Assembly: GCA_040386535.1 (NCBI GenBank)
Contig: JAZKFH010000032.1
Location: 96,001 to 160,000, forward strand
DNA length: 64,000 nt
Direction of reading: 5' to 3'
Source: Myxococcota bacterium
GTDB lineage: Bacteria; Myxococcota_A; UBA796; SXON01
Below, in pieces: positions 9,481 to 18,653 of the stretch (position 1 is the stretch's first letter; the number at the start of each line of letters is the position of its first letter). The notes under the pieces were generated by a model that did not search any database, was not told the DNA's origin, and worked only from the letters and a program-made list of their open reading frames with translations. The translations under genes and the position numbers were made by a program.

Positions 9481-9705
9481 ATGCCCTCCCAGACCGACAC
9501 CCTCCTCGCCGTCGAGGGGATGACCTGCCATTCCTGTGTCTCGCACGTGAAGAAGGCCCTCATGGAAGTCGACGGCGTCGACACCGTCGACGTGCGCTTC
9601 TCCGAGCGAAAGGTCCACGTCCGGCACGACGCCGACGCGGCGCCGGTTCCGCAGCTCGTCGAGGCGCTGGCCGAAGCGGGCTACCCCGCGACCGCGGCCT
9701 CCTGA
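9481..9705 (+). CDS. copZ: copper chaperone (HMA domain)
   Basis: GGAG RBS; VEGMTCHSCV..V..AL...GV and AL.EAGY motifs, 74 aa. Confidence 0.9.
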   Translation: MPSQTDTLLAVEGMTCHSCVSHVKKALMEVDGVDTVDVRFSERKVHVRHDADAAPVPQLVEALAEAGYPATAAS

Positions 9706-9774
9706 ACCACCCGCGGGTGGGGGCTCGCTCGAGCAGAGGGCGTGCCCCCGCCCGTCCGCCCTTCGGGGGACGAC

Positions 9775-11007
9775 ATGCCGAGCGAACGCATCGTAATCGT
9801 GGGTGCGGGCCTCGCCGCCGCCCGCGCCGTGGAGGCCGCGCGCTCCACGGGCTTCGACGGGGACATCCTCCTCGTCGGCGAGGAGCCACGGCTGCCCTAC
9901 GAGCGGCCGCCGCTCTCCAAGGAGTGGCTCACCGAGGACACGCTCCCGGACGAGCCCGCGGTCTTCCCCGCGTCCTCGTGGGACGACTGGCGCGTCGACC
10001 GGGCCCTCGGGGTCCGCGCCCAAGCGCTGGACCCGCAGGCCCGGATCCTCACCCTCACGGGGGGGCGGCGCCTCCCCTACGACCGGCTGCTGATCGCAAC
10101 GGGCGCTCGGCCACGCCAGCTGTCCGTGCCCGGCGTGGAGCTCGACGGCGTCCTCACTCTGCGCACGCTGCCCGACGCGACGGACCTCCGCGCGCGGCTG
10201 CGGGCGTCGCAACGGATCGTCGTGGTGGGCGCGGGCCTGATCGGCCTCGAGGTGGTCGCGGCCGCGCGATCCCTTGGCCGTCAGGTCACGGTGGTCGAGG
10301 CGGACCACACTCCGCTCCGGCGCCTGGTCGGGGCGCGGATGGGCGCGACCGTCGCCGCAATGCACGCTGACGAGGGCGTCGAGCTGCGCTTCGATGAGAC
10401 GGTCACGGCTCTGCGCGGGCACCGGCGCGTGGAGGCGGTCGTCCTGGCCTGCGGCGTGTCCGTCGCCGCGGACCTGGTGGTGGTCGGGATCGGGGTCGAG
10501 CCCGACGTTGGCTGGCTCCGGGGCACCGGCCTGGACGGGCCGACCGGGGTGCCCGTGGACGCGCTCACACGGACGCCCGTGCCCGGGGTGCACGCCGCGG
10601 GGGACGTGGCGGTCACCTGGCAGCCGGAGAGCGGCATCCTGGGACGGCGCTTCGAGACGTACGCCAACGCCGCCGCGCAGGGCGCCGCCGCCGGGCGGGC
10701 GCTCGCCGGAGCGCCGACCCCCTACGTGCCGAGCCCTGGGGGCAGCTCCAACCAGTACGGGCACCGTCTGCAGTTCGTCGGCGAGGTCGTCGGCGACGAG
10801 GCCGTCGTCGTGCGGGGCAGCGTCGAGGAGCGCCGCTTCGTCGCTTTCTACGTCCGCGAGGGGCGCGTGACCGCCGCCTTCACCCTCGACCGCGCGCGCG
10901 ACGTGCCAGCGGCACGCGCCCTCGTGGCGGCCGGCGCTGCCGTCCCCGACGAGGTCCTGGCCGACCCCTCGGCGTCCTTGGCGCCGTGGACCGTCGAGCA
11001 CCGGTAA
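9775..11007 (+). CDS. FAD/NAD-dependent ferredoxin-reductase-family oxidoreductase
   Basis: IVGAGLA, PYERPPLSK, ATG, VVGAGLIGLE, AAGD motifs. Confidence 0.9.
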   Translation: MPSERIVIVGAGLAAARAVEAARSTGFDGDILLVGEEPRLPYERPPLSKEWLTEDTLPDEPAVFPASSWDDWRVDRALGVRAQALDPQARILTLTGGRRLPYDRLLIATGARPRQLSVPGVELDGVLTLRTLPDATDLRARLRASQRIVVVGAGLIGLEVVAAARSLGRQVTVVEADHTPLRRLVGARMGATVAAMHADEGVELRFDETVTALRGHRRVEAVVLACGVSVAADLVVVGIGVEPDVGWLRGTGLDGPTGVPVDALTRTPVPGVHAAGDVAVTWQPESGILGRRFETYANAAAQGAAAGRALAGAPTPYVPSPGGSSNQYGHRLQFVGEVVGDEAVVVRGSVEERRFVAFYVREGRVTAAFTLDRARDVPAARALVAAGAAVPDEVLADPSASLAPWTVEHR

Positions 11008-11028
11008 TGAACGGCGGGGGCCTGCGTC
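11004..11028 (+). promoter_or_regulatory. ECF-type promoter motif GTAATG-N14-GCGTC
   Basis: Upstream of copA; the upstream box overlaps the reductase TAA stop. Confidence 0.7.
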
Positions 11029-11072
11029 AGCAGGGGTGAACGGGCGCCGAAGGGGCGTCCGCGGAGGCGAAG

Positions 11073-13724
11073 ATGAAGACGAACGCGGCGCGGCCCCTAC
11101 CCGAGACGAACGAGGGCGAGGTCTGTGAGCTCCCCATCCAAGGCATGACGTGCGCGAGCTGCGTCCGGCGCGTGCAGACCGCGCTGAAGCGCGTCCCCGG
11201 CGTGGCGGACGCGCAGGTGAACTACGCGACCCAGCGGGCGACCGTCCGCTTCTCGGACGGGTTCGTGGCCTACGGCCGGCTGGTCCGCGCGGTCGAGGAC
11301 GCCGGCTACGCCGTCCCCGGCGCGCCCGAGGACGAGGGCCCGGCCCCGGAACCGGCCCCCGAGACCCTGGACCTCGGCATCCTCGGGATGACGTGCGCGG
11401 CCTGCGTGCGGCGCGTCGAGAAGGCGCTCAACGGCGTGCCCGGGGTCTCCGAGGCCACCGTCAACTTCGCGACGAACCGCGCGAGCGTCACGATCGACTC
11501 CGCCCTCGCGACGGGCGCCCAGCTCGTCGAGGCGGTGCGGAAGGCCGGGTACGACGTTGCCGGCGCCGACGCCCTGCTGGGGGAGGGGGCCGACAACCGC
11601 GTCGGGGGGGCGGTGCGGGGGGGCGTAGCCCCCCTGCCCCAAGAACAGAAGGGCCCGAAGTCGGGCCGGGCTCCTACCGCCCGCCCCTCGGCCGCCGACA
11701 CCGCGCGGGCGATGGAGGAGGCCGAGGCTGCCGAGGACCGATCGATCCGTCGCGGACTCGCGTTCTCCGCCGGGCTCACGGTGCCCCTGCTCGTGCTCGC
11801 GATGTCCCACGGGGCCATCCCGGGCACGGGCGGGACGTTCGGCACCTGGCTGCAGTTCACGCTCGCCACTCCCGTGGTGTTCGGTCCCGGCCGGCGCTTC
11901 CTGCGCCTCGCCTGGGCGGCGGCGCGGCACCGGACCGCGGAGATGAACACGCTCGTGAGCGTGGGTGTCCTCGCGGCGTGGACGTACTCGTTCGTGGCGA
12001 CGGTCGCGCCGGGCCTCTTCCCTCACGCCGAGCACGGCATGGTGCCGCACGTCTACTACGAGGCCGCCGCCGCCATCGTGACCTTCGTGTTGCTCGGGAA
12101 GTGGATGGAGACGCGGGCCCGGAAGCGGCTCTCGGACGCGGTGCGCGGGCTCGTCTCGCTCGTACCGCCGATCGCGCGGCGACTCCGCGGGGCCGACGAG
12201 GACGAGGTCGAGGAGGAGGTCGCGGTCGAGGCGCTGGCCCACGGGGACCTGCTCCGCGTGCGGCCCGGCGAGCGGCTCCCCACCGATGGCGAGGTGGCCG
12301 AAGGCACGTCCGCGGTCGACGAGTCGATGCTCACCGGCGAGAGCCTCCCGGTCGACAAGCGGCCCGGCGACGCCGTGTACGGCGGCACGCTGAACCAGGC
12401 CGGCGCTCTCGTGATGCGCGTGACCCGCACCGGCGGCGAGACCGCCCTCGCGCGCATCGTGGAGGCGGTGGAGCAGGCCCAGGGCTCGCGGGCGCCCATC
12501 GCGCGCCTCGCGGACACCGTCAGCGCGATCTTCGTGCCTGTCGTGATCGGGATTGCGACCCTCACGTTCCTGGTGTGGGCCGCGCTCGATCCCTCCGCCA
12601 CAGGCATCGCCACTGCCGTCGAGCGGTTCGTCGCCGTCCTCGTCATCGCGTGCCCGTGCGCCCTTGGGCTCGCGACGCCGGCCGCGGTGGCCGTAGGGAC
12701 CGGGCGCGGGGCCGAGCTCGGCATCCTCGTGAAGGGCGGCGCGGCCCTCGAGGCCGCCAGTCGCGTCAACACGGTGCTGCTCGACAAGACGGGCACGCTC
12801 ACGACGGGCAGGCCGGTGCTCACCCAGGTGGTGATCCATGGCGGCATGGACGAGCGTGAGCTCCTCTCGCTGGTCGCGTCCGTCGAGGCCGCGAGCGAGC
12901 ACCCCGTCGCCCGGGCCATCGTCGAGGGGGCGAGGGAGCGCGGCGCGGGGGTGCGCCCCGCCGCCGACTTCCTGGTCGAGGCCGGTGCGGGAGTCTCGGG
13001 GCGGGTCGGCCTGCGCGTGGTGAGGATCGGCACGCGCGCCTGGCTGGAGAAGGTGCAGATCGACGCCTCCGCGCTCGAACCGGTCGCCGCCGCGCTCGCC
13101 GATCGGGGCCACACGCCCGCCTTCGTCGCCGTCGACGGCCTGCCCGTCGCGATCGTCGCCGTAGCGGACCGGCCCGCCGACGGGGCGAAGGAGGCCATCG
13201 CGGAGCTCCGACGGCAGGGCATCGAGGTCGCCATGCTCACAGGCGACCGCCTCGGGACCGCGCGCGCCATCGCCGCAGAGCTCGGCATCGAGCGGGTGAT
13301 CGCGGAGGTGCGGCCCGAGGACAAGGCCCGCGTGGTCGCCGAGGAGCGGGCCCGCGGCCGGATCGTCGCCATGGTCGGGGACGGCATCAACGACGCCCCC
13401 GCGCTGGCTGGTGCGCACGTGGGCGTGGCGATCGGCACGGGCACGGACATCGCCGTGGCCGCCGCCGACATCGCCCTGCTCCGGGGCGGCATCACGTCGC
13501 TGCCCCGCGCGCTCCACCTCGCCCGGGCCACGCTCGGCACCATCCGCCAGAACCTGTTCTGGGCGTTCGTCTATAATATCGTCGGCATTCCGGTCGCCGC
13601 GGGCGCGCTCTACATCTGGACCGGGTGGCTGCTCTCGCCCGTCCTCGCGAGCGCGGCGATGTCGCTCTCGAGTGTGTCCGTCCTCCTGAACTCGCTCCGG
13701 CTCCGCCGCTTCGGTCGGGCCTAA
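11073..13724 (+). CDS. copA: copper-translocating P1B-type ATPase
   Basis: Two GMTCxxC HMA domains, [22 protein letters not shown] and MSLSS motifs. Confidence 0.97.
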   Translation: MKTNAARPLPETNEGEVCELPIQGMTCASCVRRVQTALKRVPGVADAQVNYATQRATVRFSDGFVAYGRLVRAVEDAGYAVPGAPEDEGPAPEPAPETLDLGILGMTCAACVRRVEKALNGVPGVSEATVNFATNRASVTIDSALATGAQLVEAVRKAGYDVAGADALLGEGADNRVGGAVRGGVAPLPQEQKGPKSGRAPTARPSAADTARAMEEAEAAEDRSIRRGLAFSAGLTVPLLVLAMSHGAIPGTGGTFGTWLQFTLATPVVFGPGRRFLRLAWAAARHRTAEMNTLVSVGVLAAWTYSFVATVAPGLFPHAEHGMVPHVYYEAAAAIVTFVLLGKWMETRARKRLSDAVRGLVSLVPPIARRLRGADEDEVEEEVAVEALAHGDLLRVRPGERLPTDGEVAEGTSAVDESMLTGESLPVDKRPGDAVYGGTLNQAGALVMRVTRTGGETALARIVEAVEQAQGSRAPIARLADTVSAIFVPVVIGIATLTFLVWAALDPSATGIATAVERFVAVLVIACPCALGLATPAAVAVGTGRGAELGILVKGGAALEAASRVNTVLLDKTGTLTTGRPVLTQVVIHGGMDERELLSLVASVEAASEHPVARAIVEGARERGAGVRPAADFLVEAGAGVSGRVGLRVVRIGTRAWLEKVQIDASALEPVAAALADRGHTPAFVAVDGLPVAIVAVADRPADGAKEAIAELRRQGIEVAMLTGDRLGTARAIAAELGIERVIAEVRPEDKARVVAEERARGRIVAMVGDGINDAPALAGAHVGVAIGTGTDIAVAAADIALLRGGITSLPRALHLARATLGTIRQNLFWAFVYNIVGIPVAAGALYIWTGWLLSPVLASAAMSLSSVSVLLNSLRLRRFGRA

Positions 13725-13773
13725 AACCAACTCGGGCGCCCCCTTGGGACGCCTCCTGCTCTCGGAGTCCTCC

Positions 13774-14159
13774 ATGACTCGCTACCTGTTGCCCTCCTTG
13801 GCCTGATCGTCTCTGGTGCAGTGCCCTTCGCGGCCGTCCCCGTGGTGGCCGACCTGCTCCTCCCCGAGGCCCATGCCGAGCCGGCGCCACGCGAGATTGC
13901 GGTGCAGGTGCAGGGCGCCTACAAGCCCGACCGCATCGAGGTCACCGCCGAGGAGCGCGCACGCCTCGTGTTCACCCGCACCGAGTACACGGGCTGCACC
14001 CGCGAGGTCGTGTTCCCCGAGCTCGGCATCCGCAAGGAGCTGCCGACCAACCAGGCGGTTGCCATCGACCTCCCGGTCCTGGCGCCCGGGACGTACCAGT
14101 TTCACTGCGGCATGAACATGATCCGGGGGACCCTCGTGGTCACCGCGGCCAAGGGATAG
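13774..14159 (+). CDS. cupredoxin-domain protein, frameshift in signal peptide
   Basis: Y.PDRI, C.REVVFP, FHCGMNM.RG motifs. The RBS+ATG at 13774 is one base out of frame with the domain; in-frame GTG at 13821. Confidence 0.8.
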
Positions 14160-14169
14160 CGGGGTTCGC

Positions 14170-14772
14170 ATGTGCACCTCCTCTCCGGTATCCGCGGCGA
14201 TGGACGAAGAGGTCGCGGCGCCCGTCGATGGACGGGTAGCTGCGGTCCTCGTCGAGAACCACCGGGCCTTCATCGCGTTCCTCGAGCGCCGCGTGGGCGA
14301 CCGCGTGGTGGCTGAGGACATCCTCCAGGCCGCCTTCACGAAGGGGTTGGAGCGCGCGGGGACGCTCCGCGACGAGGAGGCCGCCGTCGCGTGGTTCTAC
14401 CGGGCGCTCCGCAACGCTGTCGTCGACTACTACCGCCGCAACGGGGCGCGCTCCCGGGCACTCGCCGCCTTCGCCGAGGAGGTGGATGCGGAGGAGCCGG
14501 ACGTCGAGCTCACGCGCGCGGTGTGTCAATGTGTCGCGCGGCTCGCCGACACGCTGAAGCCCGAGTTCGCGCAGGCGCTCAAGCGCATCGAGGTCGACGG
14601 CGTGCCGGTGAAGCAGTTCGCCGAGGAGGCGGGCATCACCGCGAACAACGCGGCGGTGCGCGTGTTCCGGGCCCGGGACGCGCTGCGGAAGCAGGTCGCG
14701 CGGTCGTGTGGGACGTGCGCGGAGCATGGGTGCCTGGACTGTACGTGTGGGGCTGGCTCCCCCACATCGTAA
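14170..14772 (+). CDS. CorE-like ECF sigma factor with Cys-rich C-terminus
   Basis: AEDILQ.AF (sigma2), CQC between domains, VRVFRAR (sigma4), C-terminal CGTCAEHGCLDCTC; alternative start 14200. Confidence 0.88.
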   Translation: MCTSSPVSAAMDEEVAAPVDGRVAAVLVENHRAFIAFLERRVGDRVVAEDILQAAFTKGLERAGTLRDEEAAVAWFYRALRNAVVDYYRRNGARSRALAAFAEEVDAEEPDVELTRAVCQCVARLADTLKPEFAQALKRIEVDGVPVKQFAEEAGITANNAAVRVFRARDALRKQVARSCGTCAEHGCLDCTCGAGSPTS

Positions 14773-14848
14773 GTCGGCCCCAGGTCCGCAGCGGGGCCAC
14801 CCCCTCCAGAGGCCAGTTCGATCCGTTTCCGCCTACATGAACGAAAAC

Positions 14849-15082
14849 GGCACGGACATCAACCAAGTCCGAGGCACGGACATCAACGAAGGGCCCGTCA
14901 GTCGCGGCACGGACATCAACGTTTGGAGTTGCCCGCGGGGACGGACATCAACCAGGAGCCGCCGCTGCGCGACGGACATCAACAAGCGGACCGGTCTCTG
15001 CGGCCCGGACATCAACAAGGCTGACATTGCCACGGAGCGGCCATCATCAAGTTGGAGTACGTCCCGACGCACGGACAACAAC
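14849..15082. repeat. array of 8 direct repeats, core ACGGACATCAAC, with unique spacers
   Basis: Core starts at 14852, 14876, 14909, 14941, 14972, 15005 (1 mismatch), 15037 (3 mismatches), 15071 (1 mismatch); periods 24,33,32,31,33,32,34. Confidence 0.95.
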
Positions 15083-15141
15083 AGGCCCTGCCGGCGGCCC
15101 GACGCGCCAGCGATCGCCTCGCTCCGGCCCCAGGCCCGCCT

Positions 15142-16767
15142 TCAACGAGACCGAGACTTCTTCGGCCTCGCGGGCGAAGGCGCGGTGCCCGAGCGTCCCG
15201 CGAGCATTGCGAGGGCGGGTGGCAAGGAGAAGTCCCTGCTGTACTGGATGTCGGTCGGCCCTTGGGGGATCGATGAGAGGAGGTCGATTGGCCCGTACGG
15301 ATCGTCGGCAGGCGACGTCGACGGGACCTCCCTGGCTGCGACCGCCTGAGAGCGACCGCGCCTGTCGTGCGGCCCCGGCGTCGACAGACGCTTTCCCCTC
15401 GACTGTTCTGCGGCGCGCCGGCGCGGGGCCGGTGTGGAGTCCACAGCCCTCGGCCGCGCGGGAGTCGTGTCCAGCGATGACTCCCTGGCGACCGCGAGCG
15501 GAGATGAACCGTGCGCTCGCGGCACCACGGCCGGGAGTTTGATCGCAGCCGTCCCCCCCTCGGCCGCTCGTGCCTTGGCCTGTGCCTCCCGGATCGCGCG
15601 TCGGAAGAGAGCCTTGCATTTGGCGTTCTTCTTCGCCTCTCGATCGGTCTCCATCTGCAGAGGCCCGACTCCCGCGGGTCGCTTGACGTTGGGGCTCTTC
15701 TTGGCCCGCACGGTCCCATACGGTGGACGCCCAACATCCGTCCATTCGCGGGCGAGAGAGACAAGGTCCTCGAGCGCCGACGTTTGCCGCCCCTCGATCG
15801 GGCCGGGTCCCGCTTGGACGAAGGTGCCGCGCACCATCGAGCTGACGAGACCGCGGGACAAGGCGACCTCCTGGAACAGACGCCGAAAGTCGGCGAGGCT
15901 GAGCGCCGAGACACCAGCGACCCGACACGCGGCGCTCACCTCCCGATAGGACGACGAGCGCCCTTCGTCAGGGGCACCTCGCCGCGGGAAGAGGCGGGCA
16001 TGCCTGTCCATCTGGTCGAGGGTCGGGAACGCCTCCCGGGCGATGTCCAACAACCACGACGGGAGGGAGGCGCGCAACACCCCGCTCCCGTTATCGTACC
16101 AGACCTCCCGGTACTGGAGGCGCAAATCCCCTGCGCGCAGTGAGCTCATCTCGGACGGCCACATCCCGCAAGCACCCGCAAGCCCAACGAGAAAACGGAC
16201 CTTTGCGGGAGCCCCTCCCCGTACCACCGCCGCGAATGCGTCCTCGGTCACACGTGTCCGAGGCGGGGTTCGCCCACGCGCCTTCGTCGGCGCCTTCGCG
16301 CGCGCCCGGAGAAGTACGCGCACGCCACACTGGTCCTGCAGGTCGCGGATCGCGCGCCGCGCAACGGAGAGCACTCGCGAGATCCAGGTGCTGCTCAGTG
16401 GCTCATCCGTCCGAGGCCGCGGGGTCGTGACAAGCCAATCCTCCAGCTCGCGCATACAACTTCCGCCGATGTTCGCCACGCGCCTCTCACCCAAGCGCTC
16501 GATGATGAGCCCCGCGCAGGTACGGTGCTTCAGCATCCGGTTCAGCCCGCGCGTCGCGTCAGGGAGGAGGTCGCTGAACGCGCCTGCACGGAGGGCCTCC
16601 GACACGGTGATCTCAGCATGGAGCACCCGCTCGCGCTGCACCCCGTCCCGGACAATCCTGATCCAATCGTCCGGCTGCTCGCGAACGAGCCGCTTCAGCC
16701 CCTCGACGGTGCTCGCGTCGTGTACGCAGGCGTAGTCGGAGGAGATCTCCACGAGTTCGCTCGTCAT
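15142..16767 (-). CDS. tyrosine-recombinase-fold protein, catalytic residues missing
   Basis: Core-binding-like N-terminus; box I reads GACGMWPSEMSSL..GDL (R->W); box II reads LADFRR (H->A); no LGH or Tyr; ATGA-coupled to the integrase. Confidence 0.75.
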   Translation of the reverse strand: MTSELVEISSDYACVHDASTVEGLKRLVREQPDDWIRIVRDGVQRERVLHAEITVSEALRAGAFSDLLPDATRGLNRMLKHRTCAGLIIERLGERRVANIGGSCMRELEDWLVTTPRPRTDEPLSSTWISRVLSVARRAIRDLQDQCGVRVLLRARAKAPTKARGRTPPRTRVTEDAFAAVVRGGAPAKVRFLVGLAGACGMWPSEMSSLRAGDLRLQYREVWYDNGSGVLRASLPSWLLDIAREAFPTLDQMDRHARLFPRRGAPDEGRSSSYREVSAACRVAGVSALSLADFRRLFQEVALSRGLVSSMVRGTFVQAGPGPIEGRQTSALEDLVSLAREWTDVGRPPYGTVRAKKSPNVKRPAGVGPLQMETDREAKKNAKCKALFRRAIREAQAKARAAEGGTAAIKLPAVVPRAHGSSPLAVARESSLDTTPARPRAVDSTPAPRRRAAEQSRGKRLSTPGPHDRRGRSQAVAAREVPSTSPADDPYGPIDLLSSIPQGPTDIQYSRDFSLPPALAMLAGRSGTAPSPARPKKSRSR

Positions 16768-18125
16768 TTCGCCGCGTCACGCGCGGCGGCTGCACCTCGA
16801 ACTTCACCGCTTCGGTCGTGGCCCATCCGGCCGCGCCTGTCGACCTCGGCGAGCAGCTCCTCCATCGACGCGCCCGTCAGATCCACCTGCGGGGCCGCCC
16901 CCGGTCCGGCAAACTGCAGCACGTTCCCGCCGACGCCCGGGAGCGCGGCCGCGAGCCCGGCGTTGAACATCGCTGCTCGCTTCGCCGACGCACGGACGGT
17001 GCGGTAGCTCTTGAGCGCGACCTCCGGGCTGTGTCCCAGGATTTTCCCCGCCGTACCGGGGTCGACGCGCGCGTCGTGTAGGAGGTCCTCGGCCATTCGG
17101 CGCAGCGCGTGGGGGGTAAAAAGCGGGGTGCCCGCGGCCTTGCACGCGAGATCGAGGTGCCTCTGGACGGTCGACTCGTGGAGTCCTTTGTACGCGCCGC
17201 GCCGCATCCTGAGGTGCTCCGGCGGTGCCAGGATCAGCGGCTCATCCTGATTCTCGGCCTTCTTTCGTTCAACGACCCACGGCATGTGTCGCGGGTGGAT
17301 GGGCATGTCCCGCCACTTCCGGCCTTTCCCAAAGAGGTGGTAGAACCCCGCTTGGGGATCTGCATCGCGGACCAGAAGTTGGCGGAGCACCTCGCCCCGC
17401 CGTGCGCCGGTCCATGCGATGAGCTCTGCCGCCAGCCCGATTTCTGCCGGCAATCGCTCCAGTACCGCCCGCGCCTCGTGAGGGAGCGGCGTGTAGTGAT
17501 TGTTGACCCAGCGATCGTGGTCGACGTGCACGGGGTTGTGCCATTGCCACGCGACCCACCCGAAGCGTTTTCCCCATGCCCCTGCGAACACGAGGACGTT
17601 CACTTCGAAATGGACGGTCCGATCACTCTTGGACGGGGTCTTGTCCTTGTGACGCCGGTTCACCGCGTACTGGCGTACAACGGCCTCGTCCACCTGGGAG
17701 AGAAGGACCTCCGTCAACCACGCCTTGAGGTGCCCGACCGCGTACTCGTACTTTTCGAATGACGACGGGGAGATCAGCCCCTCGGCGTTCGGCCGCTCGC
17801 GCGGATCTCCCTCCCAGATGTCCTGCCGCCGCTGGTCGATGTACCGATCGAGCAGCTCACCCACTGTCTTCGGGATCCCGGGGGCCTCCGATGGGGCGGA
17901 CTGGCGGAACTCGTGGACGAGCGCCCCCGCGGCCTCGCGGAGCACGGCCTCTCCCCCTTCGGGGAACCAGCCCATGCTCCGCTCCCACCGCCTCCCTCCC
18001 GGAAGCGGGGCCCGTGCCTGCCAATACCACTCGCAGACCTCCGCGTTCGTCCGCGAGCGGACAGGGCGAAGGCTCAGCGGCGCGTGCTCGATGGTCGTCG
18101 GGCGGATCTTCTTTTTGGGCGGCAA
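16764..18125 (-). CDS. tyrosine recombinase/integrase, catalytically intact
   Basis: TGARRGE (R), GKGRK (K), PHALRR (HxxR), ILGHS (H), ALKSY (Y); TTG start at 18125 after AAGGAG. Confidence 0.92.
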   Translation of the reverse strand: MPPKKKIRPTTIEHAPLSLRPVRSRTNAEVCEWYWQARAPLPGGRRWERSMGWFPEGGEAVLREAAGALVHEFRQSAPSEAPGIPKTVGELLDRYIDQRRQDIWEGDPRERPNAEGLISPSSFEKYEYAVGHLKAWLTEVLLSQVDEAVVRQYAVNRRHKDKTPSKSDRTVHFEVNVLVFAGAWGKRFGWVAWQWHNPVHVDHDRWVNNHYTPLPHEARAVLERLPAEIGLAAELIAWTGARRGEVLRQLLVRDADPQAGFYHLFGKGRKWRDMPIHPRHMPWVVERKKAENQDEPLILAPPEHLRMRRGAYKGLHESTVQRHLDLACKAAGTPLFTPHALRRMAEDLLHDARVDPGTAGKILGHSPEVALKSYRTVRASAKRAAMFNAGLAAALPGVGGNVLQFAGPGAAPQVDLTGASMEELLAEVDRRGRMGHDRSGEVRGAAAARDAAK

Positions 18126-18633
18126 CTTCAGCTCCTTGAAGGACCGCGACCCAGTCGCGGAAGGGGGCGCGCCACGTCCGTGCCGAGTCAGCGCGGGTGG
18201 CGGTTCGCGGGGTGCGGCGAGAGACGGCCTGCTCGTTGCGCCCGAACACATCCGCGATCTCCTGCGCGGAGCACGGCGTGTCCGGGGCCGCGTGGAGTGC
18301 CGCGCGTGCGAGCAGGCGCAGGACACGCCGGGCGCGGCGCTCCGCGGGGTCTGCCTCCGAGCGGAGTTCCTTCAGCGGCCGAGCCGTGTCGGCCCATTCC
18401 GCCGCGGAGCATCGCCCCACGACGATCGGAGGGACCATCCCGAGTCGGCGGTAGCACGCCTCGAAGTGACGACGCTCCACGAGCACGTCCAGATCACCGA
18501 GATCCTCTGGGATGCATCCCGGGCGCAACCGCACTACCGGGACCTCGAGACCGGACGAAGAGTCGAGGACGTCCCACACCTCCGCGATGGCCTCGCTACA
18601 AAAAGGGTGGTCAACTCGTTGACGGCGGCTCAT
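17857..18633 (-). CDS. putative HTH / excisionase-like protein
   Basis: SAQEIADVFGRNEQAVSRR HTH-like segment; divergent from the XRE repressor; 3' end overlaps the integrase start. Confidence 0.5.
   Translation of the reverse strand: MSRRQRVDHPFCSEAIAEVWDVLDSSSGLEVPVVRLRPGCIPEDLGDLDVLVERRHFEACYRRLGMVPPIVVGRCSAAEWADTARPLKELRSEADPAERRARRVLRLLARAALHAAPDTPCSAQEIADVFGRNEQAVSRRTPRTATRADSARTWRAPFRDWVAVLQGAEVAAQKEDPPDDHRARAAEPSPCPLADERGGLRVVLAGTGPASGREAVGAEHGLVPRRGRGRAPRGRGGARPRVPPVRPIGGPRDPEDSG
18610..18623. promoter_or_regulatory. palindromic operator-like site GTCAAC-TC-GTTGAC
   Basis: Perfect inverted repeat overlapping a TTGACG -35-like box beside the divergent starts at 18633 and 18654. Confidence 0.5.
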
Positions 18634-18653
18634 ACAGGAGCGATCGTATCAAC

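Noticed and set aside
13440..13451. GGCACGGACATC matches in copA and (reverse strand) in secA near 39620
   Set aside because: Explained by conserved GTDI codons in both proteins.
11097..13775. Long antisense/shadow ORFs (also 24774..27791, 27643..31176, 38340..41141)
   Set aside because: Typical high-GC artefacts opposite well-supported genes.
14849..15082. Calling the array CRISPR or TIGR
   Set aside because: The repeat is only 12-15 bp and non-palindromic, and no cas genes are present. There is no alternating dual-repeat structure or Nop-domain protein.
14708..15349. ORF with repeated (G)TDIN peptides over the array
   Set aside because: Two of eight copies fall out of frame, cores show no synonymous variation, and the ORF overlaps genes at both ends. 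Not fully excluded.
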